A stretch of 64,000 nt of DNA from an uncultured Bacteroidales bacterium (lineage in GTDB: Bacteria; Bacteroidota; Bacteroidia; Bacteroidales; Paludibacteraceae): the NCBI GenBank assembly GCA_902798965.1, contig CADBYS010000005.1, forward strand, positions 23,640 through 87,639, in the 5' to 3' direction. Position numbers and translations under genes: made by a program. Every line of letters begins with the position of its first letter. Position 1 is the first letter of the stretch. The notes beneath the pieces were generated by a model. The model ran no database searches and was not told where the DNA came from. It was given only the letters and a program-made list of their open reading frames with translations. This document shows positions 6,971 through 14,335 of this stretch, one piece after another.

Positions 6971-9673
6971 AATTTGACCCATCATGTTGTAGGTCTTGCC
7001 GTCCTTAATGATCAGCACTTGACCGTTGCGGATCACCTTCTGAACCTCGAGAACGTAGATGTCTTCAATAGCTGTCGACGGGTTCGGATCGGTACCCTCA
7101 ACTACCAACGCCTTCTTTGCCGGAACGATGATTTCGTTCTTGTCGGTCGGAATTGCAAACACAGCCATCAGCATAGATGAAGAATTACTATAAGCTCCAC
7201 TATTCGAAACAGAAGCAACGAGGTTACCAGCATAGTCGAAACTCATTGACGAAATCATGCTATAGCCACAGTCGATAGTTGCCACTTTCTCAAGTGTAAC
7301 AGTAGTGTCGGCTGCATAGGTCGGTTTGAGAACAAGAATATTCTTGTCACCATCAGGAATATAAATCAAGCCTTCCTTATCAATTACCAAGCCACCGCCA
7401 AGTGAACCATTGATAAATGATGCATCATCAGAAACATACTTATTAACGCCATCATGGCTGTAAGCCATCAACGAATATGCCGCACTATTATTGGAACCCT
7501 TTGCACGGTTTTGGCAGAGCCAAATAGCCTTATCGGTTACACCTATCGAGAAGACGCCACCTGCATTGTGCTGAAGAGCAATCTTCTTGGAGGGTGCTGT
7601 ATTCCACTGGTGAAGGATAGAGCCATCCTCCTGACCAACGTTGTAAACCATCAAGCCATTAGCATAATCGGGCATATCCTCGTCAATAGTATACAGTTTA
7701 GTTTCTGCTCCTTCGCCATGAATATAAGCGCACGGTGACGAGCCACCAACGTCAATACCATTGTTTGTCCACAGACCACTCGTGCCACGTGTTCCTTGAT
7801 AGAACTGCGAGCACTTTGTCAAATCTGCCGGATCCACGACATACACACCGGAGTGTCCCTGATCTGTATAGTCCGGCAACCAAAGCATACCAGTTGCATC
7901 AATGGAGAATTTCTGCGAGCCCCAGGTTGCTGTTTCGCCTAACAAATTCAAACCTCCATTGAGAGTGTAATCAGGATTGTAAACATACAAGCCGCCAGTA
8001 GCGCTACCGGTACGGTTGGTGTAGTAGATATAACCAAAGTAGTCGGACTCAGGAATTGCATTGATAACAGCCTGACCACGACCTGTCATGGCAGTTGCAG
8101 CATGTACACAAGCAAACTCTGCTACAGGGTTAGCCTTCAGTTCAACAGCCCAAGTAAGACCAGTGCCTTGAGGAATTTCACTCTTAGCAAGAGTTACCTC
8201 GTTAAGACCTTGTATAGGATCATCTACTGCTACTCGTCCTTGCAGAACACCATCTTTGTAGAACAACAGATTAGCCTCGTTACCAGCGATGTTTACATAG
8301 TACGAGAAGTTGTAGTCATCACCGTTAGCCACAACGTTCAAGCCATAAGCATTGATACGACGGTCAGCGGGAACAACGGGCTCAACATACTCCTCAGCGG
8401 AGATGAAGTAAACCTGTACATTATCGTTATAAACTGCGACAACACCGGTGATATCATATGTTTTCTCGGTATCAAAAGCGATATTTGCATTGAAGCTGTT
8501 ACGCAAAATGAAGGTCTGCTCACCGATGGTAGCATCCATATTCTTGTTGTCCGGGAACGAAGCAGCAGAAACGCTCACGTTTTTCAGGACAACGTACTTG
8601 TTCATATCAGCAGCTACCGGAGCAGCAGTCATCTCAACAGGAGCGGGAGCTTCGCCGGCAGTAGCTTCTACTGCAGCAACTTGCTCAGCGCTCGGCTTAA
8701 CCTCATACAAGCCACTATAGATATCAACCTTGCCTTCTACGCCGGAAAGAACATCACCGGCTGCCCATTCAGCAACATCAGGCAAATAGAGCAACATTGC
8801 GCCCGACGCATCCTTAACATAAACGTTCTTGCCGTTTACGTAAGTTACGGTTAAGTCGTTCAGCAGAACTTCATCGTTCTTAGCCATGTTGTAAACCTCA
8901 GCGCAAGTCTTCGGCATGATTCGAGCTGCATAGATGCAACCTTGGTGCCAGCCTTCACCGCCTTGGCCATCCGGACGGAAGTAAACATTGTATTTACCGG
9001 CTTCGGTAATTGTGTAGTTGTTGTCCATGCCATCGGGATACCAAGCATCAACCTCGCCGTCAATAACCTTGCGAACTTTGAACTGATCGTTAGCAGCAAA
9101 TGTTGTCTTCAGCACATACTCACCTGCAGAAGCGGCATTGGCAGCCAACTTATAACCGGTAGCCGGTGTCCAATTGTTCATCGAGCCAACGAGATAGTAC
9201 TCTACAACGGGCTCTGCGGGAGTGCCATCGGTAACATAGGTTGCATCCCAAACTACGAAACGACGAGCAGTACCACTTGATAATGTGATAGTTGTTTCGG
9301 CTGTAATGTTGGAGAGAGTCAACTCTTTAACAAAATCAGCCTCGCTACCGCTCAACGTATAGTCAGTACCACTACCAGAAATTCCGCTATCAGCGGTAAT
9401 ATCAAGCGTTTGGGCATCTTGACCGGGAATAGAAACATTCACATTACCAGCCTTACCACTCCATGCTGCAATATGGAACGTTAATTTTGTTGCGCCGGCA
9501 CCAAACGTAATGGTCATAGCACCATTAGCGCTGCTCGTACCAACCTTGATGGCAGTCTTTGTGTTGACTGTGGCATCATAAGACTTGTCACCGGACTTTG
9601 CCAATGTAGCCTCGGCTGCCATCATGCTCCCTGCAAAGAGCACTGCGGCAAAAAGAGAAAATAGTTTTTTCAT
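6962..9673 (-). CDS. Secreted 903-aa multidomain protein (protein A): N-terminal beta module, CBM-like module, two OB-like modules, Ig plus beta-propeller module, conserved C-terminal tail
   Basis: Signal peptide MKKLFSLFAAVLFAGSMMAAE with no lipobox Cys. YYLVGSMNNWTP..FKV (CBM-like). CAEVYNM..VYVKDASG..GDVLSGVEGKVDIYSGLYEV (OB-like). ESDYFGYIYYTN and FDYAGNLVASV propeller motifs. Tail TAIEDIYVLEVQKVIRNGQVLIIKDGKTYNMMGQIVE-stop. Confidence 0.85.
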   Translation of the reverse strand: MKKLFSLFAAVLFAGSMMAAEATLAKSGDKSYDATVNTKTAIKVGTSSANGAMTITFGAGATKLTFHIAAWSGKAGNVNVSIPGQDAQTLDITADSGISGSGTDYTLSGSEADFVKELTLSNITAETTITLSSGTARRFVVWDATYVTDGTPAEPVVEYYLVGSMNNWTPATGYKLAANAASAGEYVLKTTFAANDQFKVRKVIDGEVDAWYPDGMDNNYTITEAGKYNVYFRPDGQGGEGWHQGCIYAARIMPKTCAEVYNMAKNDEVLLNDLTVTYVNGKNVYVKDASGAMLLYLPDVAEWAAGDVLSGVEGKVDIYSGLYEVKPSAEQVAAVEATAGEAPAPVEMTAAPVAADMNKYVVLKNVSVSAASFPDNKNMDATIGEQTFILRNSFNANIAFDTEKTYDITGVVAVYNDNVQVYFISAEEYVEPVVPADRRINAYGLNVVANGDDYNFSYYVNIAGNEANLLFYKDGVLQGRVAVDDPIQGLNEVTLAKSEIPQGTGLTWAVELKANPVAEFACVHAATAMTGRGQAVINAIPESDYFGYIYYTNRTGSATGGLYVYNPDYTLNGGLNLLGETATWGSQKFSIDATGMLWLPDYTDQGHSGVYVVDPADLTKCSQFYQGTRGTSGLWTNNGIDVGGSSPCAYIHGEGAETKLYTIDEDMPDYANGLMVYNVGQEDGSILHQWNTAPSKKIALQHNAGGVFSIGVTDKAIWLCQNRAKGSNNSAAYSLMAYSHDGVNKYVSDDASFINGSLGGGLVIDKEGLIYIPDGDKNILVLKPTYAADTTVTLEKVATIDCGYSMISSMSFDYAGNLVASVSNSGAYSNSSSMLMAVFAIPTDKNEIIVPAKKALVVEGTDPNPSTAIEDIYVLEVQKVIRNGQVLIIKDGKTYNMMGQIVE

Positions 9674-9735
9674 GATTTGTTTAATTATTGGTTAATAAAG
9701 TATTGAGTTTAACAATTTTTGTTAATTGTTTTCTT

Positions 9736-10143
9736 TGTTCACAGATCAACTCGCTAATTGGCGTTTGACTTCGTTCAAGAAATCTCGAGCGGGCTGCCCG
9801 ATGGTCTTTGCCTCATCCGCAGAGATCTCCGCAATACAGTTGTAATCAGCCTTCTTGCGCAATTGCTCCATTCTATTCAGCAAGATACCATATTGCTTAT
9901 TATCTTACCGGTTAAAACAAACTCTTTACCAAACACCGCTAACATCCCCTCATGAGTCTTCGCGCTAATTTCGTTTGCTACGAGCAATGCGTGTGTAGCG
10001 TGGAAACATGCATAATAATACCTGTTACATGCCGCATCATAGTGCCCCATAGCGACCAACTCGTCCGCCAAGCCCAACATCTGTTCTGCTTTGGCAAGGT
10101 GATGAGCTATCATCTCACGTCTATCTTGATCAGAAAGTTTCAT
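9736..10143 (-). pseudogene. HEPN-domain toxin gene interrupted by a frameshift (HEPN/MNT pair)
   Basis: The frame from 10143 gives 88 aa (..AMGHYDAACNRYYYACFHATHALL..GKEFVLTGKIISNMVSC-stop at 9877). A second reading frame then reads (D)NKQYGILLNRMEQLRKKADYNCIAEISADEAKTIGQPARDFLNEVKRQLAS-stop at 9736-9738, the expected HEPN C-terminal half with the R(x4-6)H-like region. The shift lies within about 9880-9905. Confidence 0.8.
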
Positions 10144-10457
10144 TGCAGTCGCACAGCATCTTGTTGAACATTATGGTAGAACGGCGTGAAGCTGTTCTGT
10201 TTCCACTCTTTCTGCGTGTACATAATCGGATTGATGGACTGACTTAACTTCCAACCAAGTTCCGTAAACGGATATGAGATATGCGCATAATCGTCAGGAG
10301 TAATGGAGTCCTTAGGCAGCAAGACCAGCAGATCCCAATCAGAATCCGGGCGATTGTCGCCCCGAGCGCGCGAACCGTACAAATACAGTTGCGCACCCTC
10401 AGGAATGAGCTCTTTGCCCATTTGCTGAATGCGATATTGTACCTCCTGATTACTCAT
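10140..10457 (-). CDS. Minimal nucleotidyltransferase (MNT) antitoxin of a HEPN/MNT module
   Basis: 105 aa with the Pol-beta superfamily motif LYLYGSRARGDNRPDSDWDLLVLL (GSx10DxD). A 4-nt ATGA overlap joins it to the downstream HEPN frame. Confidence 0.88.
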   Translation of the reverse strand: MSNQEVQYRIQQMGKELIPEGAQLYLYGSRARGDNRPDSDWDLLVLLPKDSITPDDYAHISYPFTELGWKLSQSINPIMYTQKEWKQNSFTPFYHNVQQDAVRLQ

Positions 10458-10475
10458 ATTTCACCATTCACGCTA

Positions 10476-10507
10476 CAAAGTTACAAAAAATTTTTGATAT
10501 TTGCAAA
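10476..10507 (-). promoter_or_regulatory. Promoter of the MNT-HEPN operon, probably reading through into protein A
   Basis: Reverse complement of 10476-10483 is TAACTTTG. Reverse complement of 10504-10507 is TTTG. The spacer is 20 nt. I see no TAnnTTTG box in the 62-nt gap before the protein A start codon. Confidence 0.6.
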
Positions 10508-10758
10508 TTTTTTGGGCACAAAATTGCGAAAAAGTGCAAAATTGTTGAAAAACGACGAAAACGGCAAGTATAGTCAACAAGAATGGGCTTGATAGGTCAA
10601 AAATTATCCAAAAAATCTGTACGGATTCGACGGATCTGACGGATTACATTGTATCTTTTTTACGAACACGGAAAGACACGAAAAGGCACGGAAAAGGCTT
10701 ATAAAGAAGGCACGGAAGGAGGGGAAAAAAGGGGCTAAAAATCGGGCATAGAAAGGGT

Positions 10759-10890
10759 ATAGGCACAAAGAATTGGTAATCAGATAGATAAATGCATGAG
10801 GTTCCTATAAGGTTCCTATAAGCTTTCTATAAGGTTTATGGTTCCCCACATGGGGGATAGTTGGAGGGAAGGCGGGCGGGCTGATCAGAG
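10759..10890 (+). repeat. Dispersed ~135-bp intergenic repeat, copy 1 (partner at 38782-38916)
   Basis: Shared core: ataggcacaa..ggtaatcagatagatRaatgcatgaggttcctataaggttYctataagctttctataagSttTatggtt..gggaaggcgg(c)gggc. About 85% identity by eye, same orientation. Confidence 0.85.
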
Positions 10891-10906
10891 GTCTTGATAG
10901 GAACAA

Positions 10907-10961
10907 TCACCTACTAATCACCTACTAATAACCTACTAACCACCTACTAATTACCTACAAT
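10907..10961 (+). repeat. Five tandem 11-bp units (tcacctactaa consensus)
   Basis: tcacctactaa / tcacctactaa / taacctactaa / ccacctactaa / ttacctacaat, read directly at 10907-10961. Confidence 0.9.
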
Positions 10962-11000
10962 GACCAGGACTGAATAATTTGCTGACATGCGGGATAGCAC

Positions 11001-11033
11001 AAAAAAGGCGGTGCGTCACAAAAACGCACCGCC
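11001..11033 (-). terminator. Rho-independent terminator after protein B
   Basis: ggcggtgcgt (11007-11016) pairs with acgcaccgcc (11024-11033), a 10-bp stem with a 7-nt loop. A6 at 11001-11006 gives U6 after the stem on the minus strand. Confidence 0.8.
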
Positions 11034-11043
11034 AAAACTATTA

Positions 11044-11122
11044 CAATGGGTTCTTTTTCAGTCAACTATTAAAGACTATTAAAGACAACCAATGGGCTCT
11101 TTTTCAGTCAACTATTAAAGAC
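11044..11122. repeat. Two 33-bp direct repeats immediately 3' of the protein B stop codon
   Basis: caatgggYtctttttcagtcaactattaaagac occurs at 11044-11076 and 11090-11122, with an extra tattaaagac half-unit between them. Confidence 0.85.
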
Positions 11123-11124
11123 CA

Positions 11125-12504
11125 TTATTTGAGTTCTGCGCCGAGCATGTTGTACTCGATGCCATCGCGGAGGATAAGAACCTGACCGTTGCGGATGATC
11201 TTGGTAACCTTAACCTGCTCGATGTTCTCAACTGCTGTAGCCTGATCGGATGCCAAGTCATAACTAACGCTGGCTATTCCGATTTGGTTGTCTTGAGAGC
11301 TGAATGAGATCTTAACAGCGTTGGTTCCGGCGGGAAGGCCGACTTTCTCGATCTCAAAATCGTCGGATGTCAGAGCCGGATCAAAATCAGCATAGTTCTC
11401 ACCGCCATCGGCAGAATACTGAAGTGTAATGGTTTGCGCCTTTGCACCCCACTGCTTGCAAATAAAGCGAACAGCCGTAAAGGAGTTGTTGGCAGCATTA
11501 AGTTTCAGCTCAACATCACCACCCTTCGTTACAGGAACATCGGTGATGGTTCCCGATTGCTTATTTGCCGAAGCAAAAACTACATCAACATCTGCGTCCG
11601 AAATGGTATGCTCGGAATAAGAAGATGTCCAAGACGAGAAATCTTCACTTTGCGAGAAATCAATCGTGTGGTGATATGCGCGCGAAGGAGCATTCACCTT
11701 GATATGAACGGTTACCTCTACCGACTTGTTGTCAGCAGCCGACTGGATTGTGAGGGTTTGTGTAAAGTCGCCCACTTCATCGGTACCGGCAGAGATAGTA
11801 ATGGCATCGCCGCTATTCTCGATGCTACCGGTAGCGCTAAACGGAGCTGTCAAAGCAGAATAGGTAACAGCACCTGTCAAGTTTTCAAAGCTAACTGCAA
11901 CCTGAGCGTCATCCACATCAGCGCCTTGTTCTACAGTACCGAAGTCGATGGATGCGGGATTAGCACTAATAGCCGGAGCTGTAGAAGGCTCGCCGGCATA
12001 TATTACGTCGATTTGATACAAGCAAATATTTTTCTTTGTCGCGCTGGCAAAAGCCAAATTCACTACCAAATCAGCAGACAATGTAACACCCTCCTCAGAA
12101 CTTGCATTAAAGATAAGCGTAGTTTTAGTACTACCTGAAACGCTGCTGGTCGTAGCCGAGAAACTGGTAGAACCACTCGTTACCGTTACTGTGGCTGTGC
12201 TGCTTGAACTACACGCAACTTTTACTTGTTTTACAGTCTTTCCGCTGAAAGAGGATGATGTCCAAGTCATCGAAGTTGCGGTTTTCTTGCTACTACCGAT
12301 TTGGTAGCACTTATCACCATCGTAAGTTTGAATTGAATTACCTTCACAAACTTTCGTTACCGTCCAAGTAGCACCATCTGTTGCACTGAAAGATGTTGTA
12401 GTCTCTTTAGCATCATTGGGGATGTCCATGGTTGATGTCACATCGGCAGCAAACATGCCACCTGCCAAAAGCACAGCAGCGAGAATAGAAAAGATTTTTT
12501 TCAT
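11125..12504 (-). CDS. Secreted 459-aa protein (protein B): two Ser/Thr-rich beta modules flanking an Ig-like domain, conserved C-terminal tail
   Basis: Signal peptide MKKIFSILAAVLLAGGMFAAD. Tail TAVENIEQVKVTKIIRNGQVLILRDGIEYNMLGAELK-stop. No enzyme motif recognised. Confidence 0.8.
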   Translation of the reverse strand: MKKIFSILAAVLLAGGMFAADVTSTMDIPNDAKETTTSFSATDGATWTVTKVCEGNSIQTYDGDKCYQIGSSKKTATSMTWTSSSFSGKTVKQVKVACSSSSTATVTVTSGSTSFSATTSSVSGSTKTTLIFNASSEEGVTLSADLVVNLAFASATKKNICLYQIDVIYAGEPSTAPAISANPASIDFGTVEQGADVDDAQVAVSFENLTGAVTYSALTAPFSATGSIENSGDAITISAGTDEVGDFTQTLTIQSAADNKSVEVTVHIKVNAPSRAYHHTIDFSQSEDFSSWTSSYSEHTISDADVDVVFASANKQSGTITDVPVTKGGDVELKLNAANNSFTAVRFICKQWGAKAQTITLQYSADGGENYADFDPALTSDDFEIEKVGLPAGTNAVKISFSSQDNQIGIASVSYDLASDQATAVENIEQVKVTKIIRNGQVLILRDGIEYNMLGAELK

Positions 12505-12567
12505 GAAAACTGAAAATTTTTAGTTGTTAATGAATATTGGTTTTAATTTCGATTCGTAGTTATGTTG

Positions 12568-13809
12568 TTACTTAACTTCTGCGCCGAGCATGTTGTACTC
12601 AATGCCATCGCGGAGGATGATAACCTGACCGTTGCGAATAAGCTTGGTAACGGGAGCAGCCACGGCAGCATTATCGACAGCGGATGGAACTGCCGAGTAG
12701 GTCAGTTCAGCCCACGTCCAGTTGGCGGTGGTAGGAACGAGCTCCCACTGGCTGTCGCGCGAGAAGAAATCCCACTTGCCGGTGATCGTGCCGGAAACAA
12801 AACCTTCGATCTCCCACTCAGCCGGAACCTCGACACCGGACTTGCTGAAATAAATCTCCAGGTCTTTGTTGTCGGAGGTCTGCTTGTCGATATATATACC
12901 TTTCTTTTGTTGCGAGGAGTTCAGATAGAAACCTGTGATCTTGGCATTGACAAACGTAACGGTTACATCGGTAGTGCCTGCGGGCAGGCTGTCGGCGATC
13001 AGTTCCTCGATAGAGGCGTAGTCGTGCTGCGGTTCAACGGGCGATGTTGCCGGTTCGACGATCACGCAGGTGCAACCTGCTGCGAACTCAGGAGTGGTGT
13101 TGTACTTGGTGAGTTTGCCGGTTACCTTAACGAGGTCGCCTACCTTCGGGGCATTGATCTCGGAATCAATAGTACATTTATATGCTTCGAGAATCTTGCC
13201 GCCATCCACTGCATCCGCCATCCAGAAACTCATGTTATGATATTGCTCGCTATAGGCGTAGGCGATCTCGGTAACATAGCCTTGCACCTGATAGGTAGCG
13301 CCGTTGTTGTACTCCACATTGTTGCCGGAAACGCTCAGGGCAGCGGTGCGCGCCTCGGCACAGGTCATGGTAAGGATTGAATCGTTACCGGGTTGCGGGT
13401 CGATGGTCGTAGAATCCGAGCCTGGAGTAGTACCACCTTCGCCGAGAGTAACTTTGATTTCCGTCAGACGCGCCTGTGATGGCAGATCTGCAATAGAATA
13501 CGATGTTGCGTTAACCGTAACCTCTGAATCCAAGCCGCCTGTTTTGCCACCGGTTGTGGTGAAGTTAATCGTTGTGATCGTAGCAGTAGCCGTGATAGAC
13601 ATAGCTCCGTGAGCATAGCAACGCAGGGATTCATCCGCACAATAGCCTTTGCTATACGTAAAAGTTACACCATCTTTGGTGGCCGAAACCTGACTGCCGG
13701 TATTAGCTGTACCTTGACCGGAAAAATCGTCTTTGGTAAAAGTTACCTCCGTAGCCAACAGACTACCTGCAAAAAGCACGGCAGCGAAAAGGGAAAAGAT
13801 TTTTTTCAT
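12568..13809 (-). CDS. Secreted 413-aa protein (protein C): N-terminal beta module, two OB-fold-like modules, conserved C-terminal tail
   Basis: The ORF track extends to 14001 across the promoter. The real start is MKKIFSLFAAVLFAGSLLA (ATG 13807-13809). YQVQGYVTEIAYAYSEQYHNMSFWMAD..VGDLVKVTGKLTKYNTTPEF (OB-like). Tail SAVDNAAVAAPVTKLIRNGQVIILRDGIEYNMLGAEVK-stop. Confidence 0.8.
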   Translation of the reverse strand: MKKIFSLFAAVLFAGSLLATEVTFTKDDFSGQGTANTGSQVSATKDGVTFTYSKGYCADESLRCYAHGAMSITATATITTINFTTTGGKTGGLDSEVTVNATSYSIADLPSQARLTEIKVTLGEGGTTPGSDSTTIDPQPGNDSILTMTCAEARTAALSVSGNNVEYNNGATYQVQGYVTEIAYAYSEQYHNMSFWMADAVDGGKILEAYKCTIDSEINAPKVGDLVKVTGKLTKYNTTPEFAAGCTCVIVEPATSPVEPQHDYASIEELIADSLPAGTTDVTVTFVNAKITGFYLNSSQQKKGIYIDKQTSDNKDLEIYFSKSGVEVPAEWEIEGFVSGTITGKWDFFSRDSQWELVPTTANWTWAELTYSAVPSAVDNAAVAAPVTKLIRNGQVIILRDGIEYNMLGAEVK

Positions 13810-13876
13810 GAACTGAAAAAATTTTAAGTTAGTTAATGATTGTTTCAGGTTTATACGAATTGTTCGAAAACCATTG

Positions 13877-13908
13877 CAAAGGTAGTAAAATATTTTGAAA
13901 TTTGCAAA
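13877..13908 (-). promoter_or_regulatory. Promoter of the protein C - protein B operon
   Basis: Reverse complement of 13877-13884 is TACCTTTG. Reverse complement of 13905-13908 is TTTG. The spacer is 20 nt. The 63-nt C-B gap has no promoter box. Confidence 0.65.
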
Positions 13909-13972
13909 TATTTCACGAGCGATGGTCGGAAAAGTACAAAATTGTTTTGGGAATGCAAAGTTTTGGTTACAG

Positions 13973-14002
13973 AAAACGTGGCGTGCCTTGCGACACGCCA
14001 CG
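13973..14002 (-). terminator. Rho-independent terminator ending the protein D transcript
   Basis: cgtggcgtg (13977-13985) pairs with cacgccacg (13994-14002), a perfect 9-bp stem. A4 at 13973-13976 gives a U tract on the minus strand. Confidence 0.75.
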
Positions 14003-14021
14003 CTTGCGATGGGGTTTAATA

Positions 14022-14087
14022 GTTCACGAATTAAGCGAAATAATCGTTCGAGTGAAACGAGATAAGAATTAAACTAATTCAATGGAC
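14022..14087 (+). repeat. Long-form copy of the ttcacgaattaagcg.. repeat (identical to 861-918)
   Basis: See 861-927; the two share an identical 58-nt core. Confidence 0.9.
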
Positions 14088-14109
14088 TATATTTGTCAAA
14101 AATTGCCCA

Positions 14110-14283
14110 TTTTTTTAGAAAATAAACCAAAATAAACACTTCTGTTGTCTGTTGTCCGTTCCGGACTATGTCTTTGCCGTATAAGTCTCTTTTTCAAGTA
14201 AACTTGACGATAGCCTTATCCGCCAAATCCATACTCTCCGAGTAACAGACAACATCAGCCATAAACATAAATAAAATTCAATG
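14110..14283 (-). repeat. About 175-nt structured intergenic element, copy a (3' UTR of protein D)
   Basis: The flanks are near-identical to 18421-18596. The minus-strand RNA has a closing stem (GAUGUUGUCUGUU with AACAGACAACAG), an internal CAAG-NNNN-CUUG hairpin, and a GUCCG-GAA-CGGAC hairpin. Confidence 0.75.
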
Positions 14284-14335
14284 TATACATCATTGTATTA
14301 TAAATATGTACGTCTATTTTCTAAATAACCCGCCA

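Noticed and set aside
6962-7080. Calling the conserved tails canonical T9SS type-A C-terminal domains outright.
   Set aside because: The conserved part is only about 25-40 aa and its motif order differs from the CTD pattern I know (YxxxGxxV ... GxYxV ... KxxxK). No T9SS component genes are in the window. I therefore report it as an open question rather than as an annotation.
9758-9955. A plus-strand 65-aa ORF opposite the HEPN remnant.
   Set aside because: It is antisense to the clearly HEPN-like reading frames and has no motif. The region is better explained by the frameshifted HEPN gene.
10799-10961. The 11-bp tandem arrays, considered as a CRISPR array.
   Set aside because: The units are only 11 bp and directly abut one another with no unique spacers. 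There are no cas genes, and the repeat length is far below the 23-50 bp of CRISPR repeats.
12568-14001. N-terminal extensions given by the ORF track. These are 13810-14001 on protein C, 32978-33103 on pta, 41225-41347 on the TrmH-like gene, 61079-61186 on GT4, 4703-4780 on dNK1, 41205-41234 on Omp85 and 48934-48942 on AraC.
   Set aside because: The extensions run through the -7/-33 promoter boxes and A/T-rich leaders, and they translate to junk (Phe/Ile/Asn/Lys-rich). In each case an internal ATG is followed by a family-typical N-terminus or signal peptide.
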